From contig NC_042997.1 of assembly GCF_006345805.1 (NCBI RefSeq), positions 92,690,001 through 92,754,000 of the forward strand: a DNA stretch of 64,000 nucleotides, written 5' to 3'. Made by a program: the position numbers and the translations under genes. The DNA comes from Octopus sinensis (Eukaryota). Positions 1 to 11,663 of the stretch are shown here, one piece after another. Positions within the stretch are counted from its first letter, which is position 1. Every line of letters starts with the position of its first letter. The notes beneath the pieces are model-generated. The model was not told where the DNA came from. It did not search any database and was given only the letters and a program-made list of their open reading frames with translations.

Positions 1-27
1 ACCTGCTTGCCTGCCTGCCTGCCTGCC

Positions 28-66
<39 letters not shown>

Positions 67-115
67 GTCTGCCTGTCTGTCTGTCAGTCTCTCTTTCTCT
101 TTCTCTTTCTCTCCC
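1..115. repeat. Compound microsatellite (GCCT)n(GTCT)n(CT-rich)
   Basis: Direct reading of tandem tetramers. Confidence 0.95.
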
Positions 116-269
116 TTTCTTTCTTGTGCTTTTAATTCCATGTTCTCAATTACCGGTTGAACAGGTATGTTGTGTACATATATGTATATACTGAAGTATG
201 TATGTATAATATGTACTTATATATATATATATATATGTGCGTGTAAGGGTTTTTCGCTTGTGTCCGTCT

Positions 270-385
270 ATATGTGTGTGTATGTATGTATGTATGTATG
301 TATGTATGTATGTATGTATGTATGTATGTATGTATGTATGTATGTATGTGTGTGTGTGTGTGCGTGGTGCGTGTGTGTGTGTATG
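270..385. repeat. (TATG)n/(TG)n microsatellite
   Basis: Direct reading. It explains ORFs 150..389 and 167..427. Confidence 0.95.
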
Positions 386-386
386 A

Positions 387-900
387 CATGTCTCATTCAG
401 ACAAGGAACGGCATATGTTGCTTTTGACAGGCTAACAAATCAGCTTTCGAATGATCCAAACATCTTACTGTGTCCAAAGATTCAAACGTATAACTATGCT
501 ATTGCATGATGCAGAATCACGGACCGTGTATTATAGGCAAATAAAACAATTGCATAATTTCTACCTTCGTTATCTTCGGAAAATCTGCAAGAACAAGTGC
601 TGGGACATGATATCTAATAGAGAAATCCTGTATCGCTATAAAGATCATTGGTTTTGAGGCATGGCTAATAAGACGTCAACTTCGTTTATGTGGTCATGTG
701 GCTCGGATGTAATATAATTGCATTTGCAAAGTAATCAAAACTGGCTAGTGATTAACACTCTGTTGGAGCACAATTGAAACTGTATAAAAACTCGTTGAAA
801 ATTTGTCATGAGGAAAACATTGATTTCCCGCACATTTATTGTGGCTAGAGAACTCACTGCATTAATGGGACTGGATTCCTTAAGGAGACTCGCACTCAAG
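387..900 (+). mobile_element. Decayed RTE-clade LINE 3' fragment (post-RT region)
   Basis: LLHDAESRTVYYRQIKQLHNFYLRYLRKIC..WDMISNREIL followed by RQLRLCGHVARM resembles the RTE LLYG.E.WT..R..K.L..FH.RCLR.I..W.D..SN.E.L and QLRW.GHV.RM motifs. Frameshifted. Confidence 0.75.
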
Positions 901-1182
901 CCCTTGTGGAAAAAAGAAGAATAAATGATGCACAAAACAACCCAAACAGATTAGATTGCGCTACAACTTTGTTTTTAAATTTATTTATTTATTTTAAAAA
1001 AATCAATTTTATATTATGTTTCTGATTGTTTATTTATTTAGTTATTTACCATACTTTCTTGGCCACTGTTGCCTGCGATGAAAGGTCCGGAAGATGGAAG
1101 TTCATAATAAATCGGCGTAGACAGGTACACACTATGATGGAGTAGAAAGGAATTCGAGAAGTATTTACTATCTTCTTTGTGC

Positions 1183-1400
1183 AGGCGCGTGGCTTAGTGT
1201 TTAGGGTATTCGGCTCACAATCGCAGGCTAGTGAGATCAGTTCACGCCGGTGCGACGACGTGTCCCTGAGCAAGACACTTTATTTCCTGTTGCTCTAGTC
1301 CACTCAGCTGGCAAAAATGAGTAGTACATGTATTTCAAAGGGTCAACCTTCTCACACTCTGTTTCACGCTGAATCTCTCTAAGTACGTTAAGAGTACACT
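1183..1400 (+). mobile_element. tRNA-derived SINE (family E), 5' part
   Basis: Head GGCGCGTGGCTTAGTG with A box, then CCTGAGCAAGACACTTTATTTC..CCACTCAGCTG. Same family as 44060-44312. Confidence 0.65.
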
Positions 1401-1859
1401 TGTCTGTGGAGTGCTCAGCCAGATACACGTTAATTTTATGAGCCGGCTGTTCCGTTGATCGGATCAACTGGAACACTCGTCGTCGTAAGCGACGGAGCAC
1501 CAGTGCCAATATCGTCTTTACTCAGATGGGTAAATAAAATCCATGTGATCACTGTTGAAAAACTTACAAGTGATGGATACCTAAACTTCTAGTTTGTCCG
1601 TCTACGCCGATTCTCAATGAACTTTCACCACTTGGATCTTCTTTGGTTTCCTGCTATACTTATATGCATTTATAAATCTGTTTTCTCTTCAGTTTTTTTT
1701 TTATAAATATAAGTTGATTTGAAGACTTGCTAATGTTCGTTCATATTTTGTTTTATTATACTTAATGTATGTATGTATGTATGTATGTATGTATGTATTA
1801 AAGTCATGAATTTGCTTTACATGGAATCAAAATAATATTACAGTAGTTTTTATTTTTTA

Positions 1860-2280
1860 AGGTGGTGACCTGGCATGCCAGGCAAAATGCCTGGCGGCAT
1901 TTCGTCCGTCTTCATGTTCTGAGTTCAAATTCCACCGAGGTCGACTTTGCTTTTCATTCTTTCGGAGCGACAATAAGTACCAGTTGAGTACTGGGTTTGA
2001 TGTAATCGATTTATCCTCTCTCCCGAAATTGCTGGCCTTGTGCCAAAATTGGAAATCAATATTGAAGTTGATTAAAGCGGCGAATTGGCAGAATCGTTAG
2101 CATGCCGGGCGAACTGCTTAGTGGCATTTCGCCCGTCTTTACATTCTAAGTTCAAATTCTGCCGAGGTCGATTTTGCCTTTCATCTTTCATAAGTACCAG
2201 TTGAGTACTGGGATTGATGTAATCGACTCACCCCACTCCCCCAAAATTGCTGGCCTTCTACCAAAATTTGAAATCAATAT
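1860..2280 (+). mobile_element. Two adjacent diverged SINE family A copies
   Basis: Both contain GTTCTGAGTTCAAATTC..CCGAGGTCGACTTTGC (B-box-like) and the GATGTAATCGA..GAAATTGCTGGCCTT tail. Confidence 0.85.
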
Positions 2281-2611
2281 TACAGTAGGTTAGCAAAACA
2301 CTTGTTTTAGAAAGGCACTCCACGAATAAACAAGGCGTCACATATATTGGGGAGCAGTTTAGTAGATTGAATAAACACATGTACATTACTGTTATACATT
2401 CCATCATTTCAAGGGAGATAAAAAGACAACGTGAACTTGACAGGATTTGGAATCAGTATGGATGTTTTGGTTTATGTAGTTGCAAATGTAGAAGGATGTC
2501 GATAGTGGTACATTAGTGTGCGTGAATTCAAAATTAGAGTTGTGTTGAAGTTATGGTTTCCGTTCCTGTAGGTGGTCTCAAGCCGCAATATGGGATAATA
2601 TGATCCGTAAC

Positions 2612-3197
2612 AGAAAGGTGGCGAGCTGACAGAAACGTTAGCACACTGGGCAAAATGCTTAGCGGTATTTCGTCTGCCGCTACGTTCTGAGTTCAAATTC
2701 CGCCGAGGTCGACTTTGCCTTTCATCCTTTCGGGGTCGATAAATTAAGTACCAGTTACGCACTGGGGTCGATGTAATCGACTTAATCCGTTTGTCTGTCC
2801 TTGTTTGTCCCTTCTATGTTTAGCCCCTTGTGGGTAAAAAAAAAAAAAGGTATTTCGTCTGCCGCTACGTTCTGAGTTCAAATTCCGCCGAGGTCGACTT
2901 TGCCTTTCATCCTTTCGGGGTCGATAAATTAATTACCAGTTACGCACTGGGGTCGATATAATCGACTTAATCCGTTTGTCTGTCCTTGTTTGTCCTCTCT
3001 GTGTTTAGCCCCTTGTGGGTAGTAAAGAAATAGGTATTTCGTCTGCCTTTGCGTTCTGAGTTCAAATTCTGCCTGGTCGACTTTTCCTTTCATCGTTTCG
3101 GGGTCGATAAATTAAGTACCAGTTATGTACTGGGGACCGATCTAATCGACTGGCGCCCTCCCCGCAAATTTCGGGCCTTGTGCCTAGAGTAGAAAAG
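2612..3197 (+). mobile_element. SINE family A, head plus three ~185 bp tandem units
   Basis: Units start at about 2665, 2849 and 3034 with GGTATTTCGTCTGCC. A direct repeat AATATGATCC at 2597-2606 and 3198-3207 is a possible TSD. Confidence 0.9.
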
Positions 3198-3863
3198 AAT
3201 ATGATCCATAGAAGTATTTCTTACTGTTGAAAGTTGACCGACTAAGGAAACCGTTGAATATGGGGACAGGGGTATCATAAATTTCCTAGAAGATCATTTG
3301 CCGTAAGATACATAGTGATACAGTGAACAATGATGCCACTAGCGTTCGGACCCCGGAGCATATGTACATGAGAATTTAGGCGAACAATTTGTAGGTTGTG
3401 GATTCATTAGTTGGGGGCAGCTCAACTCATTCTGGGTGAATGCCGACACGATGAAAAATGAATGGTACTTTACAAGTATATGTCTTAATTACTTCGTAGG
3501 GACAAAAGCTATGTCAAGCCCAGCACATTACCGTATAACCGTTTATATCATTTACAGCCGTTGCTTTTGAAAATACAGATTTCTAATATGGACACAATTC
3601 TTAATACTTTGATGGCATAGATATCGTCGTCAATTTTATCGATCTCAGTGTTTGACTGGTACTTTATTTTATCGATCTGGAAGAACGAAAAACAATGCTG
3701 GCTTCCGAGGGATTTGAACTCTAAATGAGTAGTAACTAAAATACCGCTAGATATTTTGTCTACCACTCTATCGATTCTATAAAATATTGAATCAACTAGC
3801 ATTTGTTTTTGTATTTTTTTGTTGGTTTCCTGATTAATATTCTTGTCTTTTTTTTCTTCCTAG

Positions 3864-4117
3864 GTCGGATCGTCTACCGTGACTGCAGTGAACGAGACAT
3901 GGGCATACGCTGCATGAGCAAAGTAACACTTAATAACGAAACGGTTCGCGTGTGTGTAACAACTTGTTCGTTTGATGGCTGTAACAGAGAATCTGCAGAA
4001 GCCCCGGAATTCCCAGCAAGTGCACAAGCCACAAACCTTCAGCTGCTTTTGCTACTTTTGCCCTTCTTTGTAGCGGCTGCCAGTATGAGACATCTCTGGG
4101 AATGGGACACATTTTGA
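3864..4117 (+). CDS. Terminal coding exon of a GPI-anchored Ly6/uPAR (three-finger) family protein, quiver/sleepless-like in architecture
   Basis: Polypyrimidine tract and acceptor TTTTTTCTTCCTAG|GT (phase 1). Translation GRIVYRDCSERDMGIRCMSKVTLNNETVRVCVTTCSFDGCN.. has the C-terminal CxxDxCN signature, an NET sequon, a small-residue spacer and a hydrophobic tail LQLLLLLLPFFVAAA. Stop TGA at 4115-4117. Confidence 0.85.
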
Positions 4118-4385
4118 GTCGACACACTTGACAATTCTCAAAAGTTTATCATATCAAGTACATTCACCAGCATCACAACACTCTACAGCCAAGCTCTTAA
4201 GAACATTATCAGATATTTACCTTTTACATTCACAGTATGGTCCGATCGACCCAAGCTTGCTAACTCTCTGTCCTACAGTATCAGTGATGCGGCCACAACT
4301 TTGATTCTGCAAAACGCGCAATTCAATGAAGACTCGAATTTTCAGAAACAAACAATCGAACTCCCATATTTACTGTTGTTATCTA

Positions 4386-4391
4386 AATAAA
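4386..4391 (+). promoter_or_regulatory. Candidate polyadenylation signal of the Ly6 gene
   Basis: First AATAAA ~270 nt after the stop, followed by a T/CT-rich tract. AATAAA is common in this AT-rich DNA. Confidence 0.3.
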
Positions 4392-5428
4392 ATATAAACG
4401 CATCCAAACAACAAAATCTCCACTTAAATAAGCTTCGGTCAACTTGCATCCATTTTCCTTTTTGCTTCTTTTCACTTGCTTTTGTTGTTCTCTGCATACA
4501 ATTCGATCCCTCTCTTTTCCTCTTCCCTTTCTACCCTTTGTGTCTTCTGTTTTACTCCACATCAATCTGTCTCCGCTACTTTGTTTTCTTATGGCTCCTA
4601 TATTTATACAGTCTTTCTCACACTCATTTTCATATAATTTTATTACTGAATCACATCTTACCTGTTTTCATATCTATTCATATTTATTTTCTACTTCCTT
4701 TTTGCCTTTCATGCTTTCTTCCTCTTAACATTTTCGATTCTATTCTTTCCCTACTCCTGACTTTCTGATCTTTCGCTCTATTTTCGTTGTCTTTGACTTT
4801 CTTCTTTCAGTGGACAGAAGGAAAAAAAAAAAAGATATAAAAAATACACACTTTCTTAGTAAAAACAACATGGAAACACTGTGCCTTTTGTCATTCTCTT
4901 CTAAAATAATCCGTAAGATATTTTCTCTTCGCTTATCTGTGCTTTTTTAAAAGAAAGAAACCGAAACAGAAAAATAAATAAATAAAAAAGCATCTTCTTG
5001 TTTGATATGACCTTCTAATTTTTGCCTCTTGTGTGGCAATATTTATATATCACCTTTGAAACTGTAACATCACTCGTGTCAGTTGTTTTATTTTGGAAAC
5101 AGCTGGAGAATAAAGAGATGATAGTTATTTCAGACATTTTGTTAACATTTTTAATAAGATTTTTTTTCATACTTACGAGGCAAATCTGCTGTTGAATTTA
5201 AAATATTCTCTCATTACTGCTTATTAAAGAACTGCCATTTTTTTATTCATTCATTTTTTTAAGGGACAGGAGCGAAGTATTTAATCCCTTCCAATTTAAA
5301 AACAAATATGAAAACAGAGAAAATTAAAATTTGCTTAATAAAGAAAGTGCAGTTAACTAAAAGAATTTGGTAATGTTGTTCATAGTTTGCTGTGAACATT
5401 TCTTGACGATACTAAATTATATAAATGT

Positions 5429-5433
5429 GTGGG

Positions 5434-5489
<56 letters not shown>

Positions 5490-5504
5490 ATATATATAAT
5501 ATAT

Positions 5505-5550
<46 letters not shown>

Positions 5551-5562
5551 ATATATAATATA
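5429..5562. repeat. (TA)n microsatellite
   Basis: Direct reading. Confidence 0.95.
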
Positions 5563-5780
5563 TTCTTTTATTCTTTTACTCTTTTACTTGTTTCAGTCAT
5601 TTGACTTCAGCCATACTGGAACATCGCCCTGAAGGATTTTAGTCGAACAAATCGACCCCAAAACATATTTCTTACGCCTAGTACTTACTCTATCGGTCTA
5701 TTTTGCCGAACTTGCAAGTTACAAGGGCGTAAACACCAACACTATTTGTCAAGCGATGATGGAAGACAAACACACACATA
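5563..5780 (-). mobile_element. SINE family B, 3' half
   Basis: Reverse complement of the GACTGAAACAAGTAAAAGAGTAAAAGA tail seen in full copies at 9236 and 57685. Confidence 0.85.
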
Positions 5781-5789
5781 TTAAAGTTA

Positions 5790-7140
5790 GATAAAGCCGG
5801 TTTATTGGATTACCTTAGGTTTCACGTCCATACAGGGCCTAATCTTATGGCGTATCATCAGATCCTAAAACCGCTCTAGTGAGTGGCCTCTCTAGAATAT
5901 GGAGGAGGAAATGAGTTCGGTACTCAATATCAACAAAAGGGATTGTCTCGCCTTAGCTATCGATCGCCGATGTCAACAAAGAGGATTGTGTCCCTTCGGC
6001 TATCGATCACCAGTAACCCTGCTATCTTGTGGGTTCCAATAGGCTAGCAAGAATTTCCTGAAATGCAAGCACGGTTCGAAGACCACCGTTCTGAAATTCA
6101 GGATGTTCCCTGGGTCGAGTGAGTCCTTTAGGATCCTCGCCCGTTCCGCTATGCATAATTTACAGCGGTTGGTCACGTTTATGTAGGGGACTGGATTCTC
6201 TAGGATTCTCCATAATATTGTGTATAGAATCCCGTTGTCTATTAGCTGCCATACGTGGATGGTTAATGACGTGACGAATCTCCTTTCCGGTTTCCTGAAG
6301 GAGGATCTGTGGCTGGAGAGGCGTTGTTTAAACGAATTCCCGGAACAGCCAATGTATCTCCGTGGTCGGGTGTTGGCGGTGATGTATCTGTTGGTGTTAG
6401 TGCTACCACTGCCGGTGTTGGTAAAGGTGCCATTGTTGTTATTATGGTTATCGCCGTTGATGAAGGCGCGGTTGTTGCTCTTTTAGATGTCATTGCCAAT
6501 GTCTCTGCTGCTTTTCCGTTAGGGATATTGCCGTGGCTGTCGTCACTGTTATTGATTTTATTGCTGCCGATGGTACTATCGCTGCTGCTATTGGAAGTGT
6601 CGGAGCCGCTGCTGTAGATGTGGCCGTTAGTGAAGCTGTAGATAATTCTACTGTTGTCGTTAGGGGTACTGTCATTGGTGTTGTCGATGTCGTTGTCACT
6701 GGCGATAGTGTTGTTGGTTCTGTTCGCGTTTCTGCTGCTGCTGTTATTGTTACTGACGTCCCTGCTTCTGTGATCACCGTTTAGGGAGCTGCTGCTAGAC
6801 TCAGCCAGTACCTCGGTTTCAGAGACGGCTCCCTTGGTTTCACAGTGGCCCCTCACTGGACATCTGTTGCGTTCCTTGCATAAAAACTTGCCTCCGCTCG
6901 TGGTCTAGGGATGCTAATTAGATTGCTCTCAATATTAGGGGCACAGCTAAAAGAGACCCTAATGTTGTGCCTATTGAAAATGCGTCCGTATCTATGTGCA
7001 CTAGTGAAATGTATATCTATTAACTTAAGGAATATCCTACCAACAGACGTTTTTACGTTAAGACAGAAGTGGAGGAGAGGGGAAAACCAAATGATATTTC
7101 TGTGGCGCTTCCTTCTGCGGATGTCGGAGCCCGGCATGTA
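5790..7140 (-). mobile_element. Penelope-like element 3' part: linker, GIY-YIG endonuclease and pLTR with hammerhead
   Basis: Minus-strand translation, across frameshifts: RKRHRNIIWFSP..NVKTSVGRIFLKLIDIHF..IFNRHNIRVSFSCAPNI; CKERNRCPVRGHCETKGAV; RYIGCSGNSFKQRLSSHRSSF..CKLCIAE..ILNFRTVVFEPCLHFRKFLL. The element ends in a hammerhead plus AATAAA. Confidence 0.92.
5807..5865 (-). ncRNA. Minimal type I hammerhead ribozyme, canonical core
   Basis: GGAU-CUGAUGA-U-[ACGCCAUA/UAUGGACGU]-GAA-ACCU(A)AGGU-A-AUCC, giving a GUA cleavage triplet. Confidence 0.85.
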
Positions 7141-7379
7141 ATAATGGTGATTTCTTTAAGGAAAATAAAAGACAAACTATGTTAGGTAAGAGGCGAAGTT
7201 GACTGAGTCAATATATTTAATTGATTCTGCTGGAATAAAATAAAAACTTGATTATGGCTCGAACATGAAATGCTAAGGGATGAAGGCTGTTATTTCCTAC
7301 TGGTCGAACAGCCACGTAGAGGCTTTTTTGATTGAGCAACAAAAATATGTTTAATTTACTGCTCAGCCGTTATCTTATC

Positions 7380-7600
7380 TTTTTATCGTTTTCCTTGTTT
7401 CAGTCGTTGTACTGCAGCCATGCTGGAGCCTCGCCTTAGAGGATTTAGTTGAAAAAATCGACTCCAGTACTTATATATTTAAAAGTCCGATACTTTTTCT
7501 ACCTCTTTTTGCGGAACCACTAAATTATGGGGGCGTAAACAGACCAGCAACGGTTATCAAGTGCTTGTTGGGGACGATCACACGCATACACACTCACATG
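7380..7600 (-). mobile_element. SINE family B, diverged 3' half
   Basis: CTTGTTTCAGTC..CAGCCATGCTGGAGC..GTCGA.CCAGTACT matches other copies. Confidence 0.75.
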
Positions 7601-7689
7601 TGTATATATTTATATATTATACACACACACACACAGACACACACACACACACCACACACACACGTAATAGTGACTGAAGTAGTATTCAT

Positions 7690-8268
7690 ATCTGTTTCAA
7701 AGTTTGTCACAAGGCCAGCAATTTCAAGAGAGGAGGTAAATTAATTACATCAACCCCAATGCTCTTCTGGTACTAATTTTATCGACCCTGAAAGAATGAA
7801 AGGCAAAGTCGATCTCGCCGGAATTTGAACTCAGAACGTAAAGACGGACGATATGCCGCAATGAATTTTTTTAGCGCGCTAACGTTTCTTATTTCTTTAC
7901 TACCCACAAGGGGCTACACACAGAGGAGGCAAACAAGAACAGACAAACGGATTAAGTCGATTATATTTACCCCAGTGCGTAACTGGTACTTATTTAATCG
8001 ACCCCGAAAGGATGAAAGGCAAAGTCGACCTTGGCGGAATTTGAACTCAGAACGTAGCGGCAGACGAAATACCTATTTCTTTACTATCCACAAGGGGCTA
8101 AACACAGAGAGGACAAACAAGGACAGGCAAACGGATTAAGTCGATTATATCGACCCCAGTGCGTAACTGGTACTTATTTAATCGACGCCGAAAGGATGAA
8201 AGGCAAAGTCGACCTCGGCGGAATTTGAACTCAGAACGTAGCGGCAGACGAAATACCGCTAAGCATTT
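7690..8268 (-). mobile_element. SINE family A, head plus three tandem units
   Basis: Head ends at 8268. Three AAAGGCAAAGTCGA..GGAATTTGAACTCAGAACGTA blocks lie at about 7800, 8015 and 8197. Confidence 0.9.
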
Positions 8269-8484
8269 TGCCCAGCGTGCTAACGTTTCTGCCAGCTCGC
8301 CGCCTTAGAAGCAGTATCAGTCATAAAAGGTAACATTTATCTTCCACTAAAAGTGGATGTTGTGTTAGAACACAAATTACCGCGTTATTTATCAAGTGAA
8401 GATCTCTCATGGACTTGTGGTGAATATAAGCACTCGGGCAATAACCGTCCACTGATGCGTTCGCTGATACGTACGTTAATACAT

Positions 8485-8655
8485 CAGCTGATATGATTGG
8501 CTTCTTCTAGTTTCCGTCTACCAAATCCACTCACAAGGCTTTAGTCGGCCCGGGCCTATAGTAGAAGATACTTGCCAGGGTGTTACGCAGTTGGACTGAA
8601 ACCGGAACCATGTAGTTTGGAAGTAAACTTGTTACCACACAGCCTACGCCTGCGC
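8485..8655 (-). mobile_element. SINE family B, 5' tRNA-like head
   Basis: TTTCCGTCTACCAAATCCACTCACAAGGC..GGACTGAAACCGGAACCATGT. Confidence 0.8.
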
Positions 8656-9235
8656 TTATTATGTGCATTATTAACATTTATATTAATGTTATTATAACTG
8701 AAGAATGAGATAAAATTGTTTCATGGCGGCTTCTAGTAACTCAGTTATATTATGACGCCGTACTCAAAATGGATTTTTCGTTTTTCATGTTTGTGCGTAT
8801 GGGGTGGAAAAAGAAAGGTGTGTATGTTTGTGTGTGTATGGGATGGAGGGAACAATGAATATACTGTGTGTATTAAGTCTGTTTAGGCGTAATCTTACAA
8901 TTTTTTCAACAATGGGCATGTTCCATAATATAAGGAATAAAACTACTTATTTATTTAACAATTTTGAAACGCAGTGAAGTGGTATTCATTCAAACGAATT
9001 CATAGTGTAAGTGACTTTGAATGACGTCAATAAATGAACGAAGACTGGAAACTTTTGTCATAAGTGGAACAAATTTTTTTTTTTAATATTTGTAAGCATG
9101 CGTGTGTGTGTGTGTGTGCGCGCGCGCATACGTGTGTGATAACAATGAAATACAGAAAACATGCTATTTTATGCTTTATAAAACATGAGTTTCTTTAAAT
9201 TAACTGCCAGGATTACATAATTTATATATATATAG

Positions 9236-9403
9236 GGGCAGGAGTGGCTGTGGTAAGTAGCTTGCTAACCAACCACATGGTTTCGGGTTCAGTCCCACTG
9301 CGTGGCATCTTGGGCAAGTGTCTTCTGCTATAGCCCTGGGCCGACGAATGCCTTGTGAGTGGATTTGGTAGACGGAAACTGAAAGAAGCCTGTCGTAAAT
9401 ATG

Positions 9404-9436
<33 letters not shown>

Positions 9437-9646
9437 ATGTGTTTGTGTGTCTGTGTTTGTCCCCCTAGCATTGCTTGACAACCGATGCTGGTGTGTTTAC
9501 GTCCCCGTCACTTAGCGGTTCGGCAAAAGAGACCGATAGAATAAGTACTGGGCTTACAAAGAACAAGTCCCGGGGTCGATTTGCTCGACTAAAAGGCGGT
9601 GCTCCAGCATGCCCGCAGTCAAATGACTGAAACAAGTAAAAGAGTA
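9236..9646 (+). mobile_element. SINE family B, full length
   Basis: GCAGGAGTGGCTGTGGTAAG..GGGTTCAGTCCC (A/B boxes), an internal (TA)/(TG) tract, and a GAAACAAGTAAAAGAG tail. Confidence 0.92.
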
Positions 9647-9649
9647 TAT

Positions 9650-9699
<50 letters not shown>

Positions 9700-9704
<5 letters not shown>

Positions 9705-9958
9705 TGTTTGTTCCTTCTCGAACCACGCCTGGCTCATAAGGGCAGGTTTCCCGGTCTCCTGTCCGTCGCAGGTGAGCTGCAAGATGCAGGAGAAAAGAGT
9801 GAGAGAATGTTGTGGCGAAAGAGTCAGCAGAAGTTCGCCATTACCTTCTGCCGGAGCCATGTGGAGCTTAGGTGTTTCGCTCATAAACACACTCATCGCT
9901 CGGTCTGAGATTCGAACCCGCGATCCCTCGACCGCTGCTCTAGGCCATGTGCCTCCAC
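9700..9958 (-). mobile_element. tRNA-derived SINE (family C)
   Basis: Minus-strand head GTGGAGGCACATGGCCTAG..GCGGGTTCGAATCTC contains a strong B box. Confidence 0.7.
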
Positions 9959-10030
9959 TATATATATATCCTCATTATGCAAATTACCCAAAATGTCAGT
10001 GAAATGGCTTTTCAAGTGGGCAGATACATA

Positions 10031-10940
10031 TATTGGGTATCATAAATAATAGGTTTTTTTTTATATTTCTTTTATTTTTCAAATTAAGATAAACAAAGTT
10101 CTTTTTTAATCATATATAGAATCTCCTTCATTTTCTTCAATGCTCTTCTGGTAGGCTTGCAAGGCCCCGCTTCCAAAATCTATTTGTCCGTGACGAAAAA
10201 TACTCCTTCAGTACTGTTCTGATCTCGTCTACAGAATTCATATTTTTTCCGTTCAAATCTTTTTGAAGACTGCGGAATAAATGATAATTAGATAGGGTAA
10301 TGTCCAGCGAATATGGTGGGTGGGGTATCGTTTCCCATCCAAACTGCTCCAGCCTTTGGAATGTCAACCATGTGGCCGAGCATTAGACTCGGAAAGTTTG
10401 AGAAACCCATTGACCAAATTTGCTCACTTTTCCGACGGCACGCAGGTGTCGATGAATGGTTGAATGACCAAATCCAAGCTTCTCTGCTAGTTCCTCAACG
10501 GTTACGACGGGACTTTGTTCCACCAGGGTTTGCAGGACGTCCTCGTCAAGCTCTACGGGTATTCCAGGATAAGGGATGTCTTCTTGGCTGTTGTTTCCGG
10601 CTCGGAATTTCTGGAAGCACTGTTGACACTGGCTTACGCTTATTGTCCGATCTTCATATACTGCATTAATATTCCTCGCATTTTCCTTTGCGTTGTTTCC
10701 TTTATTGAACTCATAAAGCAAAATATGCCGAATATGCTCCTTTGTCACTTCTAATATAGCTTTGAAAAAATAACTGTTAAAATCGAACTGCACTCTTCAA
10801 AACTTGTACTAAGAATAAGTACAATGTAAAATTACTAGCTGCTTTTAGAGCAAGTTGATGCAAATAGTTTATCCCATCCCACTCCGACTTTTAATTCATG
10901 CTATTGAAAAAAACTGCATTATTTATGGGATGACCCAATA
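10031..10940 (-). mobile_element. Internally deleted mariner (family 1) with both TIRs and TA flanks
   Basis: TIRs TATTGGGT(C)AT(CC)CATAAATAAT. Translation HIRHILLYEFNKG..FQKFRAG..GKVSKFGQWV is joined to NARPH..HPPYSLDITLSNYHLFRSL. Confidence 0.92.
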
Positions 10941-11255
10941 CATACTCGCGCATATAACCATATCGGTACGTATAGAATGAGGAAACCTGGCAATTAATTT
11001 GAGAAACGCGTGTATATTTCATGCAACATAAAATAACATGTTTCCTGTATTGTAATACATATCTTATATTCCGCACACTAGCCTATCCTGTGGTTTTCTG
11101 CTCTGCATTGTACCGCACTGAATATAAGAGTGGGACGTATCACAGAGATCGAACTTTCGTGATTTTCAGCGTTTTACAGTGTATATACATGAGAGAGATG
11201 GGGGGAGAGAAAGAAGGAAAGTAAGAAAGAACGAAAAGGAAATAGACAAACAGCT

Positions 11256-11560
<305 letters not shown>

Positions 11561-11576
11561 TATGTCTATATCTATC

Positions 11577-11663
<87 letters not shown>

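Noticed and set aside
2665-3197. Regular repeats resembling a CRISPR array
   Set aside because: The units are ~185-bp SINE bodies without unique spacers, and the DNA is eukaryotic.
1-3863. Upstream exons of the Ly6 gene
   Set aside because: I found no Cys-rich open segment with splice sites in the non-repeat gaps; they probably lie before the window.
6220-6784. Plus-strand Val/Ala/Leu-rich ORFs that look like membrane or mucin proteins
   Set aside because: They are the antisense reading of the Asn/Thr/Ser-rich insert within the Penelope element.
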